DNA from: a virus
Virus record (IMG/VR): IMGVR_UViG_3300042867_001113
DNA length: 64,000 nt
Strand: one strand, 5' to 3'
Shown here: in pieces, positions 53,834 to 62,861 of the stretch
How the letters are laid out: each line of letters opens with the position of its first letter
How positions within the stretch are numbered: the first letter of the stretch is position 1
Made by a program: the position numbers and the translations under genes
Notes under the pieces: generated by a model
What the model was told of the DNA's origin: nothing
Database searches by the model: none
Seen by the model: only the letters and a program-made list of their open reading frames with translations

Positions 53834-56086
53834 TCAGAGCGTGATGGGCTCGCCAACCTGCACGAGAACCTTCGGGCTCCCGCTACCATCCACGAGGATG
53901 CCGACCCGCTGAACGACGTCGCCGGAGGCGGTCGGAGCGGTGAGCGTGATCTGGCCTGCCGAGACCGACATGAACACGCGCTTGCCGACATCGGTAACAG
54001 CAGGAGCAGGAACGTCGAAGCGGCCTACGGCCACAGCAGCCACGCCTGCGATGCGGACGGTCACCGCATCACCGTTGGCAGCCGCAGCAGCCAAGGTGAA
54101 TCCGACTGGTCCTTGACGAGACGTGACGTTGGAGTCGACCTTCTGGACCCGAGGGGTGCCGACATCATCTACCCAGCCGACGAGGTCGTTGATCGCCAAC
54201 GGCTCGAAAGCTGTGGTGGCGATGTCGACGAAGGACGCGCTCGCGGGCGCGGACCACGTCATCGCTCCCGCGCCGCTGTTCGTCAGCACCTGACCAGCAC
54301 TGCCTAGAGCAGTCGGCCACGTCAGCGAGTGGGTGTTGATGTTGATCGTCCACGCCGGGGCCGTCAGCAGCGCAGCGCTGAACGCCGTGAGAGAGACATT
54401 GGTTGCCGCACTCACGATGAAGCTGCCACCCTCCGAGATGGTGGTGGTGAGGTCGCCATCCACGTCGATTGTCGAGTTGGCACCTGAGTTGATGTCGAAG
54501 CCGAGGGTCGGGGTAGCCGTCAACACGCCAGACGTCAGGATGTCGATGCCAGCAGATCCTGCATCGATGTCGATGCCGCCCGCTGCGTTGCTCGCCACGA
54601 TCCGCACCGCGTCGACCGCTGCCTCACCGCCGTCAAGGATGAGTGACGCTGCCTGCGCGTCGAGCGTCAAGTCACCCGCTGTGGTTGCCAGCGTGGAGGC
54701 TGCGCCGCCCGTCAGGGACACCGTGCCCACAGTCACCGTGAGGCTGCCGACCAAGGCGAGCGTGTCCGTGCCGGAGTTGTAGGTCAGCTGGGTGTCACCA
54801 GCGATGGCGCTGCTGGTCGACCAGAACGCGACTTGGTTCGCGGTGCCTGAGCCCGTGACCATCGCAGGAGCGTTCTCGTAAGACCAAGCTGCGACGACAT
54901 CGCTGTCGGTGCTTCCGAAGGCAACGATCGAGAGGTAGCCAACGTCACCTGCCGCAAGTGAAGAAGGACCAGTGGCCTCAGATCCCAACCACGTCCAACC
55001 CGCAGGCCAAGTGAGCGTGCGAGTCGTTCCGTCACACTGGACTCGAACCGAAGCACCTCGACCGTTCCCTAGACCGGTCGGTGAGGTCGAGAAGGTTGCG
55101 TTGCCGTTGAGAGTGACCGAGTTGTAGATGGGCTTGATCGGGTCGGTGTCGATGGTGATTGCACCGCCCGCCGCCAGCGTGTTGAACCGATCGAGCGTCA
55201 GGTTGTAGCTCTGGCCCAAGTCGTCTTGGAAGTATGGCCGAGCGTTCGCTGCCGAGTTCGCCCACAGTTTGCCAAAGGCGGGGGTCGACGGCGAAGGCGC
55301 CGAGCCTTCACCGATGGAGATGACGCCTGAGACCGTCAGCTTCTCGTTCGGGGAGTTGCCGCCAACGTGCAGCTGGTTCGTGCCGTCATCGAAGAACAGC
55401 TGCGCGGCCACACCACCGAAGACGCCGCCGTTGTTGTACTGCACTGCGCCATCGGTGCCGCCCGGTAGAACCACAGCCGCGTCGACGTAAGCCTTCGTGG
55501 CTCCGTCTTGGGGGAGTGTCGGGTCGGCGAGGTTCCGCAGGCGCGAGTTCTCCGTCCGGATGTCGTAGACGCTGGTGTTGTCGATACCGGGCAGTGTCCA
55601 TGGCGTCGCAGTCGTCAGCACCGTGGGGGTGTTCGACGCGATGACGCGTGACTGGCCGACGCCGGTACCCGCCGTGATCTGTACGACGTTGCCAGCGAAG
55701 GCGTTGACGCCGAAAGACGCACCGGAGTCGGTGAGAGTGCTCGCGCCACCTGACGTTGCAGTTCCCGTAGCCGCCGACACACCGTCCATCACGATGTCGG
55801 AGACGATGGTCGAAACGAGCGTGACGGTGTCGGGGCCATCAACACCAACGACACCGAAGGTCACGTCGCCTTGAAAGGTCGCATTCGTCTGGAAGGTCGT
55901 GCCGGGGACCGTCGAGATGCCGCCGTCCAAAGCCACCGGACCGGGGAACGAGGTCGTGATACCGATGCCGCCGACGGTGAGGGTTGACCCCGCCGGAACG
56001 ATCCCCGCACCGACTTGGAGGGTGTCAGTCGAGATAATTCGGCGCTGTGTTCCGCCATCGATAATGAGAGCAGTCTGATTTGGCAT
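53834..56086 (-). CDS. Fibre-like virion structural protein
   Basis: G/T/S/A-rich beta repeats; NLADPT.PQDGATKAYVD fibre motif; GG.DGAVQYN. Confidence 0.75.
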   Translation of the reverse strand: MPNQTALIIDGGTQRRIISTDTLQVGAGIVPAGSTLTVGGIGITTSFPGPVALDGGISTVPGTTFQTNATFQGDVTFGVVGVDGPDTVTLVSTIVSDIVMDGVSAATGTATSGGASTLTDSGASFGVNAFAGNVVQITAGTGVGQSRVIASNTPTVLTTATPWTLPGIDNTSVYDIRTENSRLRNLADPTLPQDGATKAYVDAAVVLPGGTDGAVQYNNGGVFGGVAAQLFFDDGTNQLHVGGNSPNEKLTVSGVISIGEGSAPSPSTPAFGKLWANSAANARPYFQDDLGQSYNLTLDRFNTLAAGGAITIDTDPIKPIYNSVTLNGNATFSTSPTGLGNGRGASVRVQCDGTTRTLTWPAGWTWLGSEATGPSSLAAGDVGYLSIVAFGSTDSDVVAAWSYENAPAMVTGSGTANQVAFWSTSSAIAGDTQLTYNSGTDTLALVGSLTVTVGTVSLTGGAASTLATTAGDLTLDAQAASLILDGGEAAVDAVRIVASNAAGGIDIDAGSAGIDILTSGVLTATPTLGFDINSGANSTIDVDGDLTTTISEGGSFIVSAATNVSLTAFSAALLTAPAWTININTHSLTWPTALGSAGQVLTNSGAGAMTWSAPASASFVDIATTAFEPLAINDLVGWVDDVGTPRVQKVDSNVTSRQGPVGFTLAAAAANGDAVTVRIAGVAAVAVGRFDVPAPAVTDVGKRVFMSVSAGQITLTAPTASGDVVQRVGILVDGSGSPKVLVQVGEPITL

Positions 56087-56138
56087 GTGAAGAGCCTACT
56101 TTCAGTTGGAGGATGGACTGTAGATGAAGCGGACGGTG

Positions 56139-56354
56139 CTAGACGCGCTCGAAGCGAGGGTCTGCGTCGAGGAGCAGAAGAGACAGCCCATCGACAAAGT
56201 CGAAAGGAACCTGTTCACCGATCGGGAACCCCGTAGGGCTCTCCAAGATGGTCGGAATCCCGTCCATCTTCGGGATGCAGAACTTCTTCGTCGGGCCGTA
56301 GCTCTCGACAAGACTGGGACGAGGAGGTTCACCGAGGTACTTGAAAAAAGCCAC
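56139..56354 (-). CDS. Small hypothetical protein
   Basis: GTG at 56354 with GGAG RBS, GC3-rich codons (MAFFKYLGEPPRP...). Confidence 0.55.
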   Translation of the reverse strand: MAFFKYLGEPPRPSLVESYGPTKKFCIPKMDGIPTILESPTGFPIGEQVPFDFVDGLSLLLLDADPRFERV

Positions 56355-56436
56355 GCAGACTCCAAGTGTGAAGACACAGGCATCGTAGAGCAGTAGAAAG
56401 AAAACACACACACCCTTGCGCGGTTGACAAAGACGA

Positions 56437-56682
56437 GTGCGGCGAGATGTGAAAGGCAAAGTGACCTACCTGAAGGCCGTCTGTTCAACTTGTCTTGGTG
56501 TGGACTTCCTTCACCCGCCTCCGCATGAGGATCGCGACTCAGTCGTATGCCCTGACTGCACGCGAGTCATTCCCTTGAAGCAGTCTGTCCGGGTGGAGCG
56601 CCACTCCGCGACGCGAGGCATGTCTCCCCCAGAGTTGATCCCAACGCCCCGTCACAAGCGGGATGGAGTTTTCCGTGGCTAA
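56437..56682 (+). CDS. Small Zn-ribbon protein
   Basis: CSTC...CPDC; first gene after strand switch. Confidence 0.5.
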   Translation: MRRDVKGKVTYLKAVCSTCLGVDFLHPPPHEDRDSVVCPDCTRVIPLKQSVRVERHSATRGMSPPELIPTPRHKRDGVFRG

Positions 56683-57100
56683 GAAACCCGCCCCCGCCCC
56701 CGTCCCTGCACCTGCACCTGCAGCCTCCCCGCCGACCGGGCACACCCTGTTCGAGTACGTCGCCAAGGTGGTGCGAGTTCTTGATGGCGACACGGTCGAG
56801 GTCGACATCCAGAAGGACGTGGGTTTCGGTATCCATCTGGAGATCCGAAAGCAGGTGCGGATGCTCGGCATCAACGCGCCGGAATCTTCTGGGGCGACTG
56901 CGAAGGATGGTCTGGCCAGCAAGGCTCTGCTCTCGACGCTCCTCGCCCCCGGAACGGCCATCCTGATGAAGACGGCGAAGCCAGACCCCAAGGACAAGTA
57001 CGGTCGGTTCCTCGCCACCCTCTGGCTCGACGGTCTGAACCTCAACGAGCACATGATCGTGGCCGGTGCCGCTGTCGCCTACGACGGTGGAAAACGCTGA
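56675..57100 (+). CDS. Thermonuclease (SNase-like)
   Basis: VVRVLDGDT, VRMLGINAPE, DKYGRFLA, LNEHM. Confidence 0.93.
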   Translation: MAKKPAPAPVPAPAPAASPPTGHTLFEYVAKVVRVLDGDTVEVDIQKDVGFGIHLEIRKQVRMLGINAPESSGATAKDGLASKALLSTLLAPGTAILMKTAKPDPKDKYGRFLATLWLDGLNLNEHMIVAGAAVAYDGGKR

Positions 57101-57122
57101 CACCTGTGTTACCGGAGTCGTT

Positions 57123-57497
57123 GTGATCAGCCCCGACGAGTTCAAAAAAGTAGAACTAGAAAAAAGTCGTCTTCGAGCTGAGGTTGTTCGATTGAACAAC
57201 ATTGTGTCTTCCATGACATCTGACATGCAGTCTATGAAGGATCGCTCCGCAGAGTGGGAGAAGTTCTTCTACGAGCACAAAGCCTCTCGGGACGAAGGCT
57301 ACGAGGCTGCCCGCGCTCGGTACTGGCCCAAAGTTGAGGCTGCCAGAGCCGACGTAGACCTGTTGAGAACCGCTCTCCGTAAGCTCCTCGACGCGGCGCG
57401 TGAAGTGCCTCCGACCGCTGCGCTGGGGTCGATGATCGTGAACGGGGACTTCGTCCTTGAGCGCATCGATCAAAAGACTTCGATCCCCAAGACCTGA
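57123..57497 (+). CDS. Coiled-coil hypothetical protein
   Basis: GTG start after GGAG. Confidence 0.5.
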   Translation: MISPDEFKKVELEKSRLRAEVVRLNNIVSSMTSDMQSMKDRSAEWEKFFYEHKASRDEGYEAARARYWPKVEAARADVDLLRTALRKLLDAAREVPPTAALGSMIVNGDFVLERIDQKTSIPKT

Positions 57498-57511
57498 TCG
57501 ACAAGGACCAT

Positions 57512-57835
57512 ATGGACTTCTCAACGTACCAACGAGCTGCCAGCCGGACCTCTTCTGGGCCCGGAGAGAAGCTGTCAATCGCACTCAGCGCAATGGGGCT
57601 GGCCGGAGAGGCTGGTGAAGTTGTCGACCTCCTGAAGAAAGAGATCGGCCACGGCCATGACGCTGACCCAGTGAAGCTCTCCGAGGAGCTGGGCGATCTG
57701 CTCTGGTATCTGTCCGACCTCGCCACGCTGCACAATCTGTCGCTGGACGACATCGCGCAGGCGAACGTACTGAAGCTCTTGAAGCGGTACCCCACTGGCT
57801 TTTCTTCAGAAGCCAGTCGGAACCGCTCGGAATGA
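57512..57835 (+). CDS. MazG-like nucleotide pyrophosphohydrolase
   Basis: GLAGEAGEV.D..KK, EELGDLLWY, N..KL..RYP. Confidence 0.92.
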   Translation: MDFSTYQRAASRTSSGPGEKLSIALSAMGLAGEAGEVVDLLKKEIGHGHDADPVKLSEELGDLLWYLSDLATLHNLSLDDIAQANVLKLLKRYPTGFSSEASRNRSE

Positions 57836-58107
57836 CTGACACACAGTCCGCTCTGGAAGAGCTTCACGGTCGGGCAAAGTTGCTGCTCAAGCAGTCCAAG
57901 AAGGACCAGCTTTTCCGGCTCAAGCAAGCCGAGGCGAAGAAGCAAGCTGCTGCAGGGAGCTTGTTCATCGAGCTTGCAGAGGCGGTCTCGGACCTCGAAG
58001 ACCAGAAAGACCATCTCACGACCGCAGCCTCCTGCTTCGCTCGGGCGAAGCGGCTGTGCCGGGACGTGATCCGCCAGAAACCGGAGCCCACATGTCCAAC
58101 CGAGTGA
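57832..58107 (+). CDS. Hypothetical protein
   Basis: ATGA-coupled ORF. Confidence 0.55.
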   Translation: MTDTQSALEELHGRAKLLLKQSKKDQLFRLKQAEAKKQAAAGSLFIELAEAVSDLEDQKDHLTTAASCFARAKRLCRDVIRQKPEPTCPTE

Positions 58108-58319
58108 CCTCGTTCGTCGTGACCCTCAAACATGACCTGAAGGAAGAGGACGCTCGCAAGTTTGCCGAGGCGATCTCCCTCTTCGACGGGGTGCTGAGCG
58201 TCGAGCCAGTGGAGGCCGACTTCTTCACCGAGCAAGCGACAATCGCCCGCGTGCGTGGGCGGGTCTACGAGGCGCTGGCCGAGGCTTTCGACCCGAAGAA
58301 GTCCCAGAAGAACGGCTGA
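58092..58319 (+). CDS. Hypothetical protein
   Basis: ATG with GGAG RBS. Confidence 0.6.
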   Translation: MSNRVTSFVVTLKHDLKEEDARKFAEAISLFDGVLSVEPVEADFFTEQATIARVRGRVYEALAEAFDPKKSQKNG

Positions 58320-58375
58320 TTGGCCTGTTACACCCCGAAGAACCCGACGAATCGGGCTCTGAAAGACGGTGCATC

Positions 58376-58714
58376 ATGGGCATTGAAGACGACATCCGCG
58401 AGTTGCGGTCGAAAGTCGAAGAGCTGGCCTTCCTGTTCTTGTCGACGTTGAGCGACCAGCAGATCGCCACAAGCGGAATGAGCACCGAGCGTCTGAAAGA
58501 CGTCATCTCGGATCGTGCGGGGACCAGCTCTTTCCGGCTGGATCCTCAGTGGTCCGAGCACGGCACCTTCTTGGTGGCATCCGGCGTTCGCGGCTGGGGT
58601 AAGGGCCAATCCACCGATGTGCGCCCCGTGCCTCAGTCGGTGGTCGACTACTGCGCGAAGCTGGAAGCCTTCGGATTGAAGATCAAGATCGAGAACCCGG
58701 AGCCTCCAAAGTGA
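58376..58714 (+). CDS. Hypothetical protein
   Basis: 112-aa ORF, GC3-rich. Confidence 0.55.
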   Translation: MGIEDDIRELRSKVEELAFLFLSTLSDQQIATSGMSTERLKDVISDRAGTSSFRLDPQWSEHGTFLVASGVRGWGKGQSTDVRPVPQSVVDYCAKLEAFGLKIKIENPEPPK

Positions 58715-59406
58715 CCAGACCTTCGTGGGACCAATACTTCATGAGCATCGCGCACACCGTCGCAACGCGCTCACCGTGTGTGAAGCGACAGGTGGGCGCG
58801 GTGCTCGTCTCCGAGGACAAAGCGCTGCTCGCCACGGGCTACAACGGACCGCCTCGTGGTGCGCCTCACAGGGACGACAAGACCTGCGTCCGCATCGGCA
58901 TCCCCAGCGGAACACAAGCCGACGTTGTCTGCTGCGCTCACGCGGAGAGCAACGCCATCGCCCAAGCTGCCCGCCACGGCGTGCCTGTGAAGGGGAGCAC
59001 CCTTTACGTCACCACGAGTCCGTGCGCGTGGTGCGCGAGAGGAATCGTCAACGCTGGCGTGGTCCGTGTGGTGCGCGAGGGCGCGTACAACGACTCCATC
59101 GCCGCAGGGGTGTTCGCTGAGAGCGGTGTTCCTGTTGAGGAGCTTCCTGCTGTGCCGGTGTCGCCTGAGCTTCAAAAGCTCGCCGCCTGCATGAGTCTTC
59201 CAGCGGGTTCGGGGATGGCTGAGATCAGTGTTGAGATTCAGCGCCTGCAGCGCTGCTCCCAAGCGATCGACGCGGTCGTCGAATCACGACCGGAAGCATG
59301 CGGCAGGCACTGCGGAAAGTCTTCATGTGAAGACCCGTGCGTCTTGCCTCGCGGCCACACGGGTTGGTGTACGTGCCGAACCTCAGTGGATCCTTTCGAT
59401 GCTTAG
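58711..59406 (+). CDS. dCMP deaminase (ComEB-like) with C-terminal extension
   Basis: RPSWDQYFM, RQVGAV, TGYNG, HAE.NAI, PCAWC. Confidence 0.93.
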   Translation: MTRPSWDQYFMSIAHTVATRSPCVKRQVGAVLVSEDKALLATGYNGPPRGAPHRDDKTCVRIGIPSGTQADVVCCAHAESNAIAQAARHGVPVKGSTLYVTTSPCAWCARGIVNAGVVRVVREGAYNDSIAAGVFAESGVPVEELPAVPVSPELQKLAACMSLPAGSGMAEISVEIQRLQRCSQAIDAVVESRPEACGRHCGKSSCEDPCVLPRGHTGWCTCRTSVDPFDA

Positions 59407-59632
59407 GAAAGCGAAAGTCGACAAGGATACTTGGGAGGACTTCATCGTGGACGTCACCTCGCGGGCGGGGACTTGGCCCTGCTGCGGGTTGTGTGGGAAC
59501 ACGGGGGTGCTCGCCATCAGCGGGAGGCTCACCCCGGCAGGTATCAGCGTTCCTCCTGTCAGAGGTCACTGCATCTGCCCCAACGGTCGCGCGACCAAGT
59601 TCATCGATGACAAGCTCAAGAAGGATCCATGA
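59399..59632 (+). CDS. Small Cys-rich protein
   Basis: CGLCGNTG...CICPNG. Confidence 0.55.
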   Translation: MLRKAKVDKDTWEDFIVDVTSRAGTWPCCGLCGNTGVLAISGRLTPAGISVPPVRGHCICPNGRATKFIDDKLKKDP

Positions 59633-60030
59633 CTCTCCTCGTCTACATCGCAGGCCCGTACCGCGCTCCCACGACGTGGGAGATTCAAAAGAACATCCAC
59701 AACGCGCGTCTGTGGGGCGTCATCGTCGCGAAGGCTGGGGCCTACCCGATGATCCCGCACAGCAACACCGCGCACTTCGACGGGGCGGTTGAAGGGGACG
59801 CCTTCTGGCTGAACGGGACGCTGGAGATGATGCGTCGGTGCGACGGGGTCGTCCTCATCGAAGGGTGGGATCGGTCGACCGGCGCCATCGAAGAGCGTCG
59901 GCAGGCGGAGCAGCTGGGAATCCCCTGTCTCGAAGTAGACTGGTGGTCGAACCGAGGAGGATCAGCCATCCATGACGACGTCTCGGACTGGATCAAGACC
60001 CTGAAGCCGAGGTCCACCCATGCCGTCTGA
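59629..60030 (+). CDS. Nucleoside 2-deoxyribosyltransferase-like protein (DUF4406-type)
   Basis: VYIAGPY...PH...RCDGV..I.GW..S.GA..E. Confidence 0.75.
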   Translation: MTLLVYIAGPYRAPTTWEIQKNIHNARLWGVIVAKAGAYPMIPHSNTAHFDGAVEGDAFWLNGTLEMMRRCDGVVLIEGWDRSTGAIEERRQAEQLGIPCLEVDWWSNRGGSAIHDDVSDWIKTLKPRSTHAV

Positions 60031-60457
60031 AAAAGAACTTGAAGAGCGGGATATCCTCGAACGGAACATCGACAACATCAAGTTTAGCCTCAGCGAGATC
60101 GATCACCACACAAACGACCTCGACGGCACGGTGTTCACCGTCCAGTCCTCGAAGGGTGCCACGACTCGCGCGGCTTTGATCCAGAGGGAGTCCAACAACA
60201 TCCTCCAAACCTTGGGGAAAATCTGGGGAAACGCCACGTCGAGCAGCAAGCCGGAGACACCGAGCGAGGAAGCCCTCAAGAAAGCCCTCAAGCTCGCGCG
60301 GGAGTGGCTCACCGAGTACGCGCCGACCGAGCATGACCTCCGGTGCCAGCGTCTGAGGGACGCGAACACCCTTGAATGTCGCTGCACAATCGACGCCTAC
60401 CGCGACGACGTGAAGGTCATCGACGCGGCTCTGGGTTGGAAGGGAGAGGAGTCTTGA
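60020..60457 (+). CDS. Hypothetical protein
   Basis: 145-aa ORF with GAGG RBS. Confidence 0.55.
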   Translation: MPSEKELEERDILERNIDNIKFSLSEIDHHTNDLDGTVFTVQSSKGATTRAALIQRESNNILQTLGKIWGNATSSSKPETPSEEALKKALKLAREWLTEYAPTEHDLRCQRLRDANTLECRCTIDAYRDDVKVIDAALGWKGEES

Positions 60458-60762
60458 CAACACAAGCCGACCGACTCGCCGCAGCAGGCTTCTACCTCCG
60501 GACACACACTGGCGCGATCCAGAGCTGGATCGACAGCAGCGTCGACGAAGAGGACCGGGTGGACGAGGACATCAAAGCCCTATCGGTCTTGCTGGCCGAG
60601 GTCCGGGCATCCGGGGCGGCGGCGGAGCGAAAACTACACCCGAAGCCCGAAGCTGCGGTCGTCACACTCATCGAGACGATCGACGACCTACACAAGAAAC
60701 TGATCGTAGCGCAGGAAGAGATCACCGCTCTGAAGCTCGTTCCAGTTACTTCCCAGTCATGA
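60454..60762 (+). CDS. Hypothetical protein
   Basis: TTG start overlapping upstream stop, GAGGAG RBS. Confidence 0.5.
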   Translation: MTTQADRLAAAGFYLRTHTGAIQSWIDSSVDEEDRVDEDIKALSVLLAEVRASGAAAERKLHPKPEAAVVTLIETIDDLHKKLIVAQEEITALKLVPVTSQS

Positions 60763-61091
60763 CCAAGAAGCTCTACATCGTGACGGTTAGCTACGAGTAT
60801 GCCTGTTTGGCAGAAGACGAGTATGAAGCTGCTGACTTCAGGGAAGAGGCCCTCCACGACGAGGGAGACCCGACCACGCACGCGAGGTTGGCAGTCACGG
60901 GCCCGGTTCCCTATCGCCCTCGTGGATGGACCAACGACACGCTCATCTACGGGGCAGACAGCGATCTCCGTCTGGACGACGCCATCGCAGCGGAGAAGAC
61001 CCGGGTTGAACAAGAAAACCGCGATGCGGAATTATCGAAACGCCAACTGTGGTTGTCTGTAGACACCTCCAAAGACGAAGACCTGAAATGA
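60759..61091 (+). CDS. Hypothetical protein
   Basis: ATGA-coupled ORF. Confidence 0.55.
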   Translation: MTKKLYIVTVSYEYACLAEDEYEAADFREEALHDEGDPTTHARLAVTGPVPYRPRGWTNDTLIYGADSDLRLDDAIAAEKTRVEQENRDAELSKRQLWLSVDTSKDEDLK

Positions 61092-61327
61092 TCAACCAGA
61101 AGTACCGCTTCCGAGTTCGTCTTTTTGAGAGGTGCGGGCGCCCTGAGAAGTGCGGTCTGTGCGGCTTGCTCGTCACACCCGACAGTCCGGTCGGGCTTCT
61201 TCCCGTCGCATTGGACGAGGATGACGCTCGTATTGCACGAGCGCAGGTCGCTCATTGGGAGTGCATCGTGAACCCCAAGAACGCAGACCTGCTGGAGAGG
61301 CTGGAGGTTGAAATTGTCCTCGACTGA
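61088..61327 (+). CDS. Small Zn-finger-like protein
   Basis: CGLC...HWEC; ATGA-coupled. Confidence 0.5.
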   Translation: MINQKYRFRVRLFERCGRPEKCGLCGLLVTPDSPVGLLPVALDEDDARIARAQVAHWECIVNPKNADLLERLEVEIVLD

Positions 61328-61547
61328 GATTGAGATATTGAAGAAGCACTTCGACGACTGTCAGAGGGACTTCGACGCTTTGAGTGTTGAGTTGGAACGC
61401 CGCAACGATGCGCTGCGCGCCATCGCCGCTCATCTCAGTCTCGCCGACGACACGCCGATGCAGGTTCTTGTTGATACTGCCCTGAAGATGATCGAGCTGG
61501 GCCTGCAGAAACACTTGGACGACAACTCGCCGCCCGACCGTGGCTGA
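61308..61547 (+). CDS. Hypothetical protein
   Basis: 79-aa ORF in coupled series. Confidence 0.5.
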   Translation: MKLSSTEIEILKKHFDDCQRDFDALSVELERRNDALRAIAAHLSLADDTPMQVLVDTALKMIELGLQKHLDDNSPPDRG

Positions 61548-61770
61548 CGGAGCCTCTGTGACGTACCCCTACCCATCAATGGCGACCGAACCACCCAGCT
61601 CATCGGCAAGCGCCTTTGCAGGGTGCCCCCGAACGACAAAGAGAGAGGCTGCCCTCTCCCTTGTCATCGCTCTCAGCCGAGCCGGGATCATCGCCGGGAT
61701 GGTTTTCGGACACGTAGCCGGTCGTGAGGCCAGCTACGCTTCCGAACCAACTATCCGAGCTGCCCCTTGA
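61540..61770 (+). CDS. Possible small membrane protein
   Basis: Hydrophobic stretch; overlaps neighbours. Confidence 0.35.
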   Translation: MADGASVTYPYPSMATEPPSSSASAFAGCPRTTKREAALSLVIALSRAGIIAGMVFGHVAGREASYASEPTIRAAP

Positions 61771-62545
61771 GGTGAGCCTTCTTGATGGCCGCGCGCCCCT
61801 CCAGAAGCATCTCACGGACTTCCTTCTCGCCCATACCGAGGTTGAGACCGTCCGCCTTGGTGTCGAGCATGATGACCTTGGCCCAGTTGGCGTCCTCGAT
61901 GTGCTCGCGGTCTTGCGCTGCCAGCATGTTGCTGATGGTGCCCTCTGCGCGATCGATCTTCGTGAACGGCGGCTTGCGCGGCTTCGCTTCGTTGGGGCTG
62001 CGGACCTTGAGGCCCAACACGGGAACATCGTCGTAGGGATTTGCCCAGCCCTCGTAGTCAAGCGCAAAGTTCATGCGGACGCCGCCATCCTCGTAGAGGT
62101 CGCCGTCGATCTCAGCCATGTCGAAGATCGGGAGACACATGCTCGCGAACAGCCGGATGGGGAGGTCGCCCGACGTCCAGACCTTCGACTCCCCCTTCGT
62201 CCAGTTTGTTGTGACGATGTGCAGCTTTGAGTGACCGTCTTCGACTTTCGGGTGGAGGTGCTTCTTGAAGACCTTGAGCAGCCCTTCCTTCGTGTAGAGC
62301 CCCGCCTGACCTCCGAACGGAAACCAGTTCTTCGTAAGGAACGTGCTGGGGAGGAGGGTCAGCGCCAGCGACTCCAGCTCCGCGCTGGTCTTGAACTTCG
62401 CTGCAGCAGCAGCTGTGATCGCGCCACCTGACGCCCCGACCATCTCGGGGAACGTGAACCCCAAGTCCAGCAACTCGCAGACCGCGCCGATCTGAACCGG
62501 GTACCGCGTTCCAGACCCTGACAAGACGAGCTTGAGACGCTTCAC
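61751..62545 (-). CDS. Patatin-like phospholipase
   Basis: LVLSGSG oxyanion motif, GASGG nucleophile elbow, YEDGG catalytic Asp; GTG 62545 with GGAGG RBS. Confidence 0.9.
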   Translation of the reverse strand: MKRLKLVLSGSGTRYPVQIGAVCELLDLGFTFPEMVGASGGAITAAAAAKFKTSAELESLALTLLPSTFLTKNWFPFGGQAGLYTKEGLLKVFKKHLHPKVEDGHSKLHIVTTNWTKGESKVWTSGDLPIRLFASMCLPIFDMAEIDGDLYEDGGVRMNFALDYEGWANPYDDVPVLGLKVRSPNEAKPRKPPFTKIDRAEGTISNMLAAQDREHIEDANWAKVIMLDTKADGLNLGMGEKEVREMLLEGRAAIKKAHLKGQLG

Positions 62546-62648
62546 TTGAACCTCCGTTGAAAGACAAGGCACCTTATGTGCCCTGCCGAAAGTTGGCGAG
62601 AGGCTTTGGTTTTCGTGTTACGTCCCGCCCGGAGTAGGGAATCCGCAC

Positions 62649-62861
62649 ATGCTTGAGGTCTGGAATCATATAGTTGAGTGGTGGTGGCTGCGGAAGACGT
62701 CGCGCTGCGCTCGGTGCAAGTACGACGCGCCGCGCCGCATACTTGAGCGCAGGGACAGCTTTGTCGTCGACTGTATGGGCTGCGACATCTCCGGATGCCT
62801 TGGAGTCACGCCCGCAGATGCGGTCCAGAAGTGGAACACTGAGAATCGAGGCCCTCGATGA
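62649..62861 (+). CDS. Lar-like (restriction alleviation family) Zn protein
   Basis: CARC...VDCMGC...G.....AVQKWN. Confidence 0.55.
   Translation: MLEVWNHIVEWWWLRKTSRCARCKYDAPRRILERRDSFVVDCMGCDISGCLGVTPADAVQKWNTENRGPR

Noticed and set aside
56124-56396. Plus-strand 90-aa ORF
   Set aside because: The overlapping minus-strand frame 56139-56354 has a better RBS and codon usage and is co-oriented with the fibre gene
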